DNA of 64,000 nucleotides from an uncultured Acidobacteriota bacterium (GTDB lineage Bacteria > Acidobacteriota > Thermoanaerobaculia > UBA5066). Shown here piece after piece: positions 33,901-43,284 of this stretch. Position 1 is the stretch's first letter; every line of letters begins with the position of its first letter. The stretch is taken from positions 67,998-131,997 of the forward strand of contig CAVZYA010000003.1 of assembly GCA_963779415.1 (NCBI GenBank), in the 5' to 3' direction. The position numbers and the translations under genes were made by a program. Below the pieces are notes generated by a model, which did not search any database, was not told the origin of the DNA, and was given only the letters and a program-made list of their open reading frames with translations.

Positions 33901-34093
33901 GGTCACCCCGGAGGCCATGACGTCCGGGCTGGCCCCGGGGTAGAACGTCACCACCTGGATCGTCGGATAGTCCACCTGCGGGAGCGCCGAGACGGGGAGC
34001 TGCCGGTAGCCGATCGCCCCGGCGATGAGAAGCCCCGCCATCAGGAGCGACGTGGCGATCGGGCGAAGGATGAACGGGCCGGGACGGGTTCAT
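30968..34093 (-). pseudogene. mdtB: RND multidrug efflux transporter, MdtB-like, with 3 same-direction frame changes (near 34070, 33667 and 32025)
   Basis: The pieces are: MNPSRP; then [41 protein letters not shown]...ILTLG; then ...[37 protein letters not shown]...[10 protein letters not shown]; then [27 protein letters not shown]...MLDDALYDSFGQRQVSTMF...RLAHRFMGSR... The first junction is a CCC homopolymer. Confidence 0.8.
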
Positions 34094-35289
34094 CAGCCCG
34101 GCTTTCGGGCGCCTCCCGCGCCCGAAAGGGTGACCTTCGCTCCCGGCTGGAGCTTGTCGACCCCGTCCACCACGATGACGTCGCCGGCCGCGACGGGGCC
34201 GCGGATGGCCGTGTCGTCGCCCTCGGTCAGCTGCACGTCGACGTTCCGCATGTCGACGGTCCCGTCCTTCCGGACGACGTAGACGAACGCGCTCTGCGGG
34301 CTTCGCTGGAGGGCCGCGGTCGGGACGAGGGTGACGCCGCGCAGCGTGTCGACGAGGAGCCGCGCGTTCACGAACTGGTTCGGATAGAGCGCGAAGTCGT
34401 CGTTCGGGAAGAGGGCCTTGATCCGGACCGTCCCGGTGGTCGGATCGATCTGGTTGTCGACGGCCAGAAGCGATCCCAGAGCGAGCCTGTTCTTCAAGTC
34501 CCGATCCCAGGCCTCCACGGCGAGGCGTCGCCCGGCCCGCGTCTGCTCCAGAACTGCCGGGAGGCGGTCGGCCGGGATGGTGAAGACGACCGAGATCGGC
34601 TGAACCTGCGTCATGACGACGAGTCCGTTCGCGTCGGCGGCGTGCACCATGTTGCCCGCGTCCACGAGACGAAGGCCCACCCGCCCGGAGATCGGCGCCG
34701 TGATCCGGCTGTAGATCAGGTTCAGCTTCGCGCTCTCGACCTGCGCTTGATCGCTCTTGATGACGGCCTCGTCCTGGTCGACCGTCGCGACCTGGGTGTC
34801 GAGCTGCTGCTTCGGAATCGAGTCCTGCTCCATGAGCGTCTGGTAGCGCTTCAGGTCGATCCGGGCGTTTTCCAGGGCCGCCTGGTCCTTTGCCAACTGC
34901 CCTTCGGCCTGAAGGAGCTGGACCTGGAATGGGCGGGGATCGATCTCGGCGAGAAGATCGCCTTCGTGGACGATCTGCCCTTCCCGGTAGGCCACGGTGA
35001 TCAGTTGGCCGTCCACCCGGCTGCGGACGGTGACCGTGCTCAGGGGCGTCACGGTGCCAAGGCCGGAGACGTAGACGCCCAGGTCCCCCGTCCGCGCCGC
35101 GAGTCCGACGACGGGGATCTCCCGCGCCGCCGCGGACCGGCTCTTCGCCGCCTGGGCGTTGTTGGCACGCGAGAGAATCAGCCAGACGGCCACGGCGGCG
35201 ACCCCGGTGGCGGCCAGAAGCCAGCGCCAGAGGTGGCGCCGGGGCCTCCCTTCCGACGCATCCGAAGAGACGGGATTTTCGGAATTCAT
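34093..35289 (-). CDS. mdtA: RND efflux membrane fusion protein, MdtA-like
   Basis: 398-aa ORF with an N-terminal TM helix, ...VTVRSRVDGQLITVAYREGQIVHEGDLLAEIDPRPFQVQLLQAEGQLAKDQAAL..., and biotin-lipoyl, hairpin and beta-barrel domains. Confidence 0.88.
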   Translation of the reverse strand: MNSENPVSSDASEGRPRRHLWRWLLAATGVAAVAVWLILSRANNAQAAKSRSAAAREIPVVGLAARTGDLGVYVSGLGTVTPLSTVTVRSRVDGQLITVAYREGQIVHEGDLLAEIDPRPFQVQLLQAEGQLAKDQAALENARIDLKRYQTLMEQDSIPKQQLDTQVATVDQDEAVIKSDQAQVESAKLNLIYSRITAPISGRVGLRLVDAGNMVHAADANGLVVMTQVQPISVVFTIPADRLPAVLEQTRAGRRLAVEAWDRDLKNRLALGSLLAVDNQIDPTTGTVRIKALFPNDDFALYPNQFVNARLLVDTLRGVTLVPTAALQRSPQSAFVYVVRKDGTVDMRNVDVQLTEGDDTAIRGPVAAGDVIVVDGVDKLQPGAKVTLSGAGGARKPG

Positions 35290-35313
35290 GATTTCGAGCT
35301 CTCCGATCCGGAC

Positions 35314-35979
35314 TCAAATGATCCGGCGCTTGAGCGCCTTGCTGACGGCCGCCGACTTCGAGTTGACGTGCAGCTTCTCGTAGACCGAGCGGACGTGGTT
35401 TCGGATCGTGTTGATGCTGATCCCGAGGGCGTCCGCGGCCGTCTGATAGCTCGCCCCCTCGGCAAGGAGCTTCAGAAGACGGATCTCCTGGGGCGTCAAG
35501 TCGTGCTCCGGCTGCTTCGGCGGACCGATGTCGCGAAAGAGCTGGATGACTTTTCGCGCGATCTCGGGAGACATCGGCGAGCCCCCTCCGCGCACTTCGC
35601 GGATCGCGTCGAGGAGCTTCGCGGGGGGCGTCTTCTTCAGGAGATAGCCGGAGGCGCCGTTGCAGAGCGACTCGAAGATCTGCTCCTCGCCCTCGTAGAC
35701 GGAGAGCATCAGGACGGCGACGGAGGGAAACTCCTCCCGGACGGTCCGGACGGCTTCGGAGCCGGAGACCCCGGGAAGGTGGATGTCCATCAGAAGAACG
35801 TCCGGCGCCGTCTGCGGCTCGCCCCGGAGCTTGCGGAGCGCCTCCTCGGCGGACCCCCACGTCTCGGCGCAGAGGAACCCGCGCGTCCCGCCGATCAGGA
35901 GGCGGAGGCTCTCCCGCAGACCCGGATCGTCCTCGACGACCCCGACCCGGATGGCGGCCCCTTCGGGCTTCGCGCTCAT
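35314..35979 (-). CDS. Two-component response regulator, NarL/FixJ (LuxR HTH) family
   Basis: 221-aa ORF with a receiver domain (IRVGVVEDDPGLRE...LLMDIHLPGVSGSEA, phospho-acceptor Asp) and a C-terminal LuxR HTH (...LTPQEIRLLKLLAEGASYQTAADALGISINTIRNHV...). Confidence 0.88.
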   Translation of the reverse strand: MSAKPEGAAIRVGVVEDDPGLRESLRLLIGGTRGFLCAETWGSAEEALRKLRGEPQTAPDVLLMDIHLPGVSGSEAVRTVREEFPSVAVLMLSVYEGEEQIFESLCNGASGYLLKKTPPAKLLDAIREVRGGGSPMSPEIARKVIQLFRDIGPPKQPEHDLTPQEIRLLKLLAEGASYQTAADALGISINTIRNHVRSVYEKLHVNSKSAAVSKALKRRII

Positions 35980-36025
35980 GGCCTCCGGACTCTGCCCCCC
36001 GCCGCCCTTTCGCGGCAGAGCATGT

Positions 36026-39000
36026 TCATGTCAGGGGGTGGCTTCCGGAATGAGGAATCGAAACGCCGTCGAGGCGTATCGTCGTCCCCCGCTCCGGCGC
36101 GGAATGGACCTCCAGCCGGCCGCCGAGCGCCGACGCCCGCTCGGACATGTTCCCGAGCCCCCTTCCTTCCCCCTCCCGGTTCGCGTCCGGCACGGAGAAG
36201 CCGACCCCGTCGTCGCGAACTTCGACCTTCAAGGGCCCGCCCGGAGAGCGAAAAACGGGCCTCGAGGGTACGGGCCCGGGAATGCCTCGCCGCGTTCGTG
36301 ATCGCCTCCTTCAGAAGGAGGAAGAGATGCCGACGCGTCTCGGCCGGAAGCTCCACGGCCGAGGCCCCCTCCGGCAGGGTGAGGCGGAATTCGATTCCCC
36401 GCCCTTCGAGAAGATCCGAGGCGAAGAGGCGGAGCCGGTCGCCGAGGCTCTGGAGGTCGTCGCGCCGGGGGTCGATCGACCAGATCGCGTCGCCGAGGGC
36501 GTCGATCACGGAGCGGGAGGTCTCGCCGATCTGCTCGAAGAGGCGGGCGGAGTCGCTCCCCTCCTCGACCGCCCGGTGTCCGACCTCGGAGAGGATCGAG
36601 ATCCGGGCGAGGCTGGAGCCGACGTCGTCGTGAAGGTCGGTCGCGAGGCGGGTCCGGATTCTCTCGACCGCCACGGCGCGCTCGAGTCGCTGCCGGTGGA
36701 GGACGAAGACGGCGAGGACGACGGCGGCGGCGACCGAGACGAGAAACCAGCCACGTCGCCAGAGCGGCGGAAGGACCTGGAAACGGAACGCGGCCTCCTC
36801 TCCCGCCTCTCCTCCCGGCCCGACGGCGCGCACCGCGAACCCGTAGCGCCCCGGCGCCAGCCCCACGTACCGGATCGTCGGTTCGGGGCTCGGAGGGCTC
36901 CACGCGGCGTCGGCCCCCTCGAGGAACGTCTGGAACCGCACCCTTCCCCCCTGCGCGAACTGCGGGGCCGCAAAGTCGATCCGGAGTCGCGTCTCGTCCG
37001 GCGCGAGCGAGAGGCCGGGAAGCTCCCGCGCGCCGAGCTCGGGCACCGGGCGCGAATTGCCGTTCACGCGAACGGCCATGACGAGGGCGCGCGGCGGAGA
37101 CGCGGGCGGGTCGGGCACCGGGACGAGACGGGAGACCCCTTCGGGCGTCCCGAACCAGAGCGCGCCGTCCCGATCCTCGAGCGCGCAGGTCACGACGTTG
37201 TTCGCGAGCCCGTCGGCCGTCGAGAAGTGGCGGAACCGTCCGCTCTTCGGATCCAGCCGGTCCACGCCGCGCGCCGTCCCGAAATAGAGAAATCCCTGCC
37301 GGTCCGCGGCGACCGCGTAAACGCTGCCGGTGGCCGGCCCCTCGCTCGTCACGAGGCTCGTGGCGAGCGGGTGATCGGCCGCCGGAGCGTCGATCCGGAC
37401 GACCCCCGCGCTTCCGTTCGCCACCCAGAGGCGCCCGCGCCCGTCGAGGAAAAAATTCCGTGCGAGCCCCTCGGGGACCCCTTCCGCGGGCCCGAGTCGG
37501 AGGAAACTCCCGTCGCGCCGCCGGACGATCCCTCCGGAGCCGAAGGCGATCCAGAGATCCGCGCCGCTCTCGAGAAACGCGACCGGGGTCCCCGGCGGGA
37601 GGCCGTCCTTCGGGCCGAACGACTCGAAGCGGCCTTCGGCCCTGTCGAAGCGCGAAAGCGGTTCGGTCGCGTCGTAGAAGCCGATCCAGATGTCGCCGCG
37701 GGAGTCCTCGAAGAGCGCCGCGACGTCTCCCCCGCCGAGCCCGTCCCGCGCCGTGAGGAGGGCTTTCGGCCTGGCGCGCCCGAGATCCTCGAATGGGAGA
37801 GGTCCGTAGCGGGCGAGCCCCGACGGCATGGCGATCCACCAGTCGCCGCGACGGTCGCAAAGGACGGTGCGGCCCCAGAGGAGCCGGCTCGACGCCGGAG
37901 CTTCCGGCCGGAGAGGCACGGCATGGAATCGCGCCCCGTCGAAGCGGTAGAGGTTCGCGTTTCCGGCAGACGTCGCGACCGGATGGCCGCCCGGATCGAG
38001 AAAGAGTGACGTGATCCGCGGGTTCGAGAGGCCGTCGGCGTCGCCGAAACGCGTGAAGCCCGCGGACGAGAGGCGAAGGAGCCCGGTGCTCTGCGTTCCG
38101 ACCCAGACGTTTCCCGCGTCATCCTCGAGCAGCTCGCCGAGGATTCCGTCGCCGAGGCCGTTCCTCCGGGTGAACGTGGTCCGCCGTCCGCCGCCGAGAA
38201 CGATGAGGCCGGCCGTGGAGGAGACGAGGATCCGGCCGTCCTTCGTTTCGAGGAGGCGCTGGAAGAGGCCGCGCGGCTCCGACAGGGACGCGCTGAGGAT
38301 GGCAGCCTCGCCGGGCCCCGGGAGTCGAAGTATGCCGTCCGATCCGAGGAGGGGGCGCGCCGGAGGCATCGCGCCGCCCGGTTCCGGGGTGAAGACGGCA
38401 ACGAACTCCGGCGTCGCCGCCCAGAGGCGGCCCGACCGGTCGAGCAGCAGTCCGCGGACATCCCCGGGACCTCCGCCGGAGCCGAGCGTCACCCGCTCGA
38501 CCGGGAGGCCGCGGCGAATCCGGAAGAGACCCCGGGAAGTTCCGACCCAGAGGACGCCGTCTTCGGCATCCACGGCCACGCGGACGATCCCGACCCCGGG
38601 GGGAAGCCCGGCCGCGAGCGCCTCTTTCCCCGAGATCCGATAGAGCTCACCGCCGCTTCCGAACCAGACCTCTCCGTTTCGGTCGACGAAGACGAACTCC
38701 ACGGACCGACCTCCGGCCTTCGCCGGGTCCGCGGGAAGGAAGACCGGACGCTCCGACGTGTGCGACGGGTCGAGGCGGACGAGTCCGCCGCCCGTCGCGA
38801 CCCACACGGTCCCGTCCCGCCCTTCCGCGAGCGCCCAGACGCGAAGTTTAGGAAGGCCGTCCTCGAGGCCGTAGACCTTGAACCGCTCGCCGTCGAAGCG
38901 GGAGAGCCCGTTCAGCGAGCCGGCCCAGAGGTAGCCGCGCGAGTCGCGGAGGAGCGCCGTGACGGTCTCCTCCGCGAGCCCCTCGGCCACGCCGTGGCGC

Positions 39001-39092
39001 TGCACCGGCAGCTGCTCCGCACGCACGACCATGGGAATGAGGAGACCCAGGATGGCGGGAATGCCGAGCCGCCGGGCGATCGCGGGCCACAT
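36026..39092 (-). pseudogene. Sensor histidine kinase with a very large periplasmic beta-propeller (two-component regulator propeller / Y_Y_Y-like). There is a single frame change near the C-terminus, about 36235.
   Basis: About 760 aa of repeated ...DG.LW.GT..GL.R.. propeller blades, a TM helix (FLVSVAAAVVLAVFVL), then HisKA_3 (TRLATDLHDDVGSSLARISILSEVG) and the HATPase start. The true C-terminus MKVEVRDDGVGFSVPDANREGEGRGLGNMSERASALGGRLEVHSAPERGTTIRL lies in the adjacent frame (36026..36232). Confidence 0.75.
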
Positions 39093-39131
39093 GGAGCGAT
39101 GTTACGGGAGGACGATGTCGGAAAATGCCCC

Positions 39132-41804
39132 TTACTTCTGGAGTTCCGGTTTCCAGTTCAGAACCACCGTGATCGGCGTCGAGCTCCCCTCGGCGAGCGT
39201 GTTGATCAAGAACGTCCGTCCGTCGGGGGAAACGTCGTACGCCGTCCCCGTGTATCGCGAACGGGTCTCGAAGAGCGGCCGGGGCGCCGAGCCCCCGAGG
39301 GTCTCCCCCGGACCGATCTCCACCGACGTGAGCTTCCTGTCCCGTGCGAGAAAGAAGAGCTCCTTCCCGTCGCGCCCCCACCTCGGCTGGCCGCCTCCTT
39401 CCGAGGAGACCTGCCACTTCCCTCCGGGACCCGGGAAGGGGACGACGTAGACCTCGTCCCGGCCGGTTTCGTCCGAGGCGTAGGCCATCCAGCGTCCGTC
39501 CGGCGAGAACCGGCCTCCCGTCTCGTTCGCCTCCGAACGGAGAAACGGCGTCGCCCGGCGATCTCCCGCGAGGGGCAGGACCCAGAGATCCCACTTCGTC
39601 CTCGGGTTCAGACTCTGAAACGCCAGAAGGCGCCCGTCGGGCGACCAGTCCGTCGGCCAGGCGAGCTCGCCCGATTTCAGGAGCAGCTCGTCGGCGCCGA
39701 CACCGCTCGCTGCGATCAGGTGGAACTCCGAGGCCCGGCCGATGTCCGATTCGTAGGCGATCCTCCCTCCGTCCGGAGACCAGATCGGCGTGTGCTGGAA
39801 GGAGCCGGCGAAGGTGAGCTGCCGGAAGACGCTCTGCGGCGACTCGACGACCCAGATGCTCGAACCCCCCGTCTCGTGATTGATCCTCATGGCCGCCGCA
39901 CGCCGGCCGTCCGGGGAAAGGACGGGGTCTTCGTAGTCGTCCGGCGGGCCCCCGACGCCGGCCGCCTTACCGCTCCGGTCGTACCATGCGAGCTGCGAGA
40001 CCGCCGACGACGCTCCGGCCTGATAGGCGACCGTGCCCCCCCCCACTGAAAAGACGGCGCTCGAGGTATTCAGGTAGTTCTGGACGTTCGACGCGACGGG
40101 CCGATCCTCTCCCGTGAACTCCAGGCGCTTCGCGTCAAAGGGCGCCGCCACCAGGATCCCTTCCTTCACCAGGAGGACGTATCCCGGCAGGGTGTAGGCG
40201 ACGCTCGAGTTGGCGCGCCGGAGCATTTTCAAGGCCCCGCTCTCGAGCGACCCGACCCAGAGCGCGTTTTCCGGGTTGTCCCGCCTCGCCACCGAGCTCC
40301 TGGCGAGAAAGAGAAAGTGGTGGCCGTCGGGCAGGAAGACAGGCCATCGATGGGTCCCTTCCTGCCGCGACTCGTCGAGCTTCGTGACGGCCACCGGCGT
40401 CCCCCCGGCCGCGGAGACCCTGGAGAGCGAATCGTACGGTCCCGGGGCGAAGACGATCACCCCCTCGCGGTTCCACGTTCCCCCCCTCGCCATGGGCGCG
40501 TCGCACAGAGATTGCGCGACGCCGCCGGCAGAGGGGATCTTCTTCAGCCTTCCATCTGCGAAGAACCCGATGAATGCGCCGTCGGGCGACCAGAACGGGT
40601 AGGACGCGCCGTCGGTCCCCGAGAGCGCCTGCGCGGAGAGGGCATCGAGCCGGCGAAGGAAGAGAAGCTTGCGACCTACGGGCGTCGTGGCGACGAAGGC
40701 CACGCGGCTCCCGTCGGGAGAAACGGCGAGCGGGCCGGCGTCGCGGCCGATGAAGTTGAAGCTGCAGCCGTCCGGCGGCGGGATGGAGAAGCGGACGACA
40801 CGGGGAGTGGTCGCCGGGGAGCGCAGCAGCAGAAAGGCGAGGAGTCCCCCCAGGAGAACGACCGCGGCTCCCCAGGCGAGTCTCTCGGCCCGGTGGCGAG
40901 GCGCGGTCGGGAGGGCCTTGCCCTCGGAGAATCCCCCCTCGAGAATGCCCGCGATCTGAAGCCTGACATCGTGCGCCGTCTGCCAGCGCTCCTCCGGATT
41001 CTTGGCGAGGCAGGCTTTCACGAGGCGGTCGAGAGGCGGCGGCGCCAGAGGCCGGATTGCGGAGACGGGCGGAGGGTTCGCGGTCAGGATCGCGGCGGTA
41101 ATGGCCGCAGGACTCTTCCCTTCGAAGGCCTTCCGCCCGGTCGCCATCTCGAAGAGAACCGCGCCGAATGCGAAGAGGTCGCTCCTCGCGTCGGCTTCTT
41201 TCCCTTCGAGCTGCTCCGGCGACATGTACTGGATGGTTCCGACGACGACGCCGCTCGCGGTCAGCGGGGCCGCGGCGGGGGCTTCGGTGGGGCCGGAGGT
41301 CAGATCCACGGGCGGGCCTTCCGTGGGCGCGCCGGCCTTGGCCAGGCCGAAGTCGAGCAGCTTGACGCCGGAGCGCGTCAGGACGATGTTGCCCGGCTTC
41401 AGATCGCGATGAACGATTCCGGACCTGTGCGCGGCCTCGAGGCCCGAGGCGATCTCCGACGCGATCCGGAGGAGCTCGTCGAGAGGGAGAGACCCTTTCG
41501 CGATCCGCTCGGCGAGCGTCGCCCCCTCCAGATACTCCATGACGAGGTAATCGGTCTCGTCGTGCCGTCCCACGTCGTACAGGGCGCAGACGTGAGGATG
41601 GGACAGCGACGCGATCGCCCGGGCCTCCCGCTCGAATCTCAGGCGGCTCTCCGGGTTCTCGGCGAATCGAGCCGGGAGGACCTTGAGGGCGACGATCCGG
41701 CCGAGGCGCGTGTCCTTCGCCTTGTAGACCTCTCCCATCCCGCCCGCGCCGATCGGAGCGACGACTTCATACGAACCGAGTCGGACGCCGGACGCGAGAG
41801 TCAT
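39132..41804 (-). CDS. Hanks-type Ser/Thr protein kinase fused to a C-terminal TolB-like (WD40/PD40) beta-propeller
   Basis: 890-aa intact ORF. It has a kinase domain (GAGGMGEVYKAKD...ALKVLP...HRDLKPGNIVL...DFGLAK), one TM helix (AWGAAVVLLGGLLAFLLL) and about 500 aa of ...SPDG.R.AF... PD40 repeats. Confidence 0.88.
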   Translation of the reverse strand: MTLASGVRLGSYEVVAPIGAGGMGEVYKAKDTRLGRIVALKVLPARFAENPESRLRFEREARAIASLSHPHVCALYDVGRHDETDYLVMEYLEGATLAERIAKGSLPLDELLRIASEIASGLEAAHRSGIVHRDLKPGNIVLTRSGVKLLDFGLAKAGAPTEGPPVDLTSGPTEAPAAAPLTASGVVVGTIQYMSPEQLEGKEADARSDLFAFGAVLFEMATGRKAFEGKSPAAITAAILTANPPPVSAIRPLAPPPLDRLVKACLAKNPEERWQTAHDVRLQIAGILEGGFSEGKALPTAPRHRAERLAWGAAVVLLGGLLAFLLLRSPATTPRVVRFSIPPPDGCSFNFIGRDAGPLAVSPDGSRVAFVATTPVGRKLLFLRRLDALSAQALSGTDGASYPFWSPDGAFIGFFADGRLKKIPSAGGVAQSLCDAPMARGGTWNREGVIVFAPGPYDSLSRVSAAGGTPVAVTKLDESRQEGTHRWPVFLPDGHHFLFLARSSVARRDNPENALWVGSLESGALKMLRRANSSVAYTLPGYVLLVKEGILVAAPFDAKRLEFTGEDRPVASNVQNYLNTSSAVFSVGGGTVAYQAGASSAVSQLAWYDRSGKAAGVGGPPDDYEDPVLSPDGRRAAAMRINHETGGSSIWVVESPQSVFRQLTFAGSFQHTPIWSPDGGRIAYESDIGRASEFHLIAASGVGADELLLKSGELAWPTDWSPDGRLLAFQSLNPRTKWDLWVLPLAGDRRATPFLRSEANETGGRFSPDGRWMAYASDETGRDEVYVVPFPGPGGKWQVSSEGGGQPRWGRDGKELFFLARDRKLTSVEIGPGETLGGSAPRPLFETRSRYTGTAYDVSPDGRTFLINTLAEGSSTPITVVLNWKPELQK

Positions 41805-42370
41805 TTCGCCGGCGGGGCCGGTGGCTCGTACTTCAGGACGGCGTTACGGACCGTAGGGACCGTCTTCAGATAGGCGAAGAGAGCCTTGAGGTCCTCATCC
41901 GTCGCTTGTCCATAAGCCTGCCACGGCATCGGCGGCTGAATCTCCCGCGAGGAGCCGACGTGCTTGCCGGTCCTCATCGCGCGGAGGAACATCTCCTCGG
42001 TCCAGACGCCGATCCCGGTCGCCTTGTCCGAGGTGAGGTTGATCGCGTACGTGACGCCCCACGGCCCGGAGAACGCCGTGTTCGTCGCCGCGCCGGACCA
42101 GATCCAGGGTCCGACGGGCGAGGGCGCCGCCGGCATCTTCAGATCCTGCGGGTGACCCGAGAGGAGCTTCGCGGCGTCGGGTTCGGGCCCTTTCGGCCCC
42201 ATCTTCATCGGCGTGTGGCAGTCCCCGCAGTCGAGGATCGTGGCGAGGTACTTCCCGCGCGTCACCCGCGACTCCCCGGCGGGCGGGGCGCCAGCCGAGA
42301 GGGCCGCACCGAACCCGAAGAGGAGGGCCGCAAGCGCCATTCCTCCGATCGGACGGAAGGTCTTCTTCAT
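41801..42370 (-). CDS. Secreted mono-heme c-type cytochrome
   Basis: 189 aa with a signal peptide MKKTFRPIGGMALAALLFGFGAALSAGA and a single CGDCH heme-binding motif. Its stop overlaps the kinase start by 4 nt. Confidence 0.75.
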   Translation of the reverse strand: MKKTFRPIGGMALAALLFGFGAALSAGAPPAGESRVTRGKYLATILDCGDCHTPMKMGPKGPEPDAAKLLSGHPQDLKMPAAPSPVGPWIWSGAATNTAFSGPWGVTYAINLTSDKATGIGVWTEEMFLRAMRTGKHVGSSREIQPPMPWQAYGQATDEDLKALFAYLKTVPTVRNAVLKYEPPAPPAK

Positions 42371-42506
42371 GGATTGATTCTCCTTCTCGCAGTCGGTTCT
42401 TCGCGGAGTCTACGCCATCGAGTCGGCAATCCTCGTCGTCACGGTTCTCTTCTAGATCCGGCGCCTCCCCGCTTGAGCCTGGCGTCCGATGCGAATGAAG
42501 GAAGAA

Positions 42507-42531
42507 GGATGCAAGCAGAATGCTTGCATCC
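42507..42531. promoter_or_regulatory. Perfect 10-bp inverted repeat, GGATGCAAGC-agaat-GCTTGCATCC, likely the operator of the RHH antitoxin
   Basis: Seen directly about 37 nt upstream of the vapB-like ATG, followed by a GGAGGG ribosome-binding site. It lies in the divergent intergenic region shared with the cytochrome c gene. Confidence 0.55.
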
Positions 42532-42567
42532 TGACTCCTTCCGGCCTACTCTTTCATCGGAGGGCGG

Positions 42568-42825
42568 ATGTCGACGCTCCACGTACGGAACGTTCCAGAG
42601 ACGCTTCATGAGAGGCTGCAAGCGCTGGCCCGGGCCGATGGGCGCTCGCTGAATGCCCAGGTTCTGACGCTTCTCGCGCGGTCTGTCCGCGAATCCCAAT
42701 CGGTGCCTGGCGTCGTGGAGATCCTCGCGAGGGCACGACAGATCCGCGGCCGCAAGCCGGCTCGTCGGCGCGGCCCGTCCAGCCTCACCCTTCTCCGCGA
42801 CGGGAGACGGGAACGAGGGCGCTGA
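42568..42825 (+). CDS. vapB: Ribbon-helix-helix antitoxin (FitA/VapB-like, Arc/MetJ family)
   Basis: 85 aa MSTLHVRNVPETLHERLQALARADGRSLNAQVLTLLARSVRE, matching the classic FitA-like N-terminal RHH pattern. Confidence 0.75.
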   Translation: MSTLHVRNVPETLHERLQALARADGRSLNAQVLTLLARSVRESQSVPGVVEILARARQIRGRKPARRRGPSSLTLLRDGRRERGR

Positions 42826-43268
42826 TCCGCCCTCCCCGCTCGTTCGTCGTCGACGCGAGCGTCGCCGTCAAACTCTTCATTGAGGAAGCGGGCTCCGCCC
42901 AGGCCGAGGCGCTCTTCGCGACCCTCGCCGGGACGGAGGCGACTGTCATGGCCGCGCCCGATCTCCTCTTCCCCGAGTGCGCGAACGTCTTTCGGAGTCG
43001 GGTTCTCCGGCGGCTGATGTCCGCTGAGGCCGCGCGGGAGGCCTTCCGAGCGCTCCGATCGCTTCCGATCCAAGTCGTCCCACTCCTCGAAATCTCCGAG
43101 GACGCGCTGGACCTTGCGCTTCGATACGACCTGTCCGTCTACGACGGTTGTTATTCCGCGCTCTCCGCGCGGCTCGATGTTCCGCTCGTCACGGCCGACC
43201 GGCGGCTCTTGAAGAAGCTGGCCCGTACCGGCGTGCGAACGATCCATCTGGAGTCGATGGCGACCTGA
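42822..43268 (+). CDS. vapC: PIN-domain toxin (VapC-like), probably with a non-ATG (CTG) start overlapping the antitoxin stop
   Basis: The open frame from 42612 reads ...LIRPPRSFVVDASVAVKLFIEEAGSAQAEALFATL...MAAPDLLFPEC...DLALRYDLSVYDGCYSALSARLDVPLVTADRRLLK. The PIN acidic residues (D in FVVDAS, E, D) are present. The ATG-only ORF (42948..43268) would lack the catalytic N-terminus. Confidence 0.6.
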   Translation: MIRPPRSFVVDASVAVKLFIEEAGSAQAEALFATLAGTEATVMAAPDLLFPECANVFRSRVLRRLMSAEAAREAFRALRSLPIQVVPLLEISEDALDLALRYDLSVYDGCYSALSARLDVPLVTADRRLLKKLARTGVRTIHLESMAT

Positions 43269-43284
43269 CCGGCGGCGGAATCTG

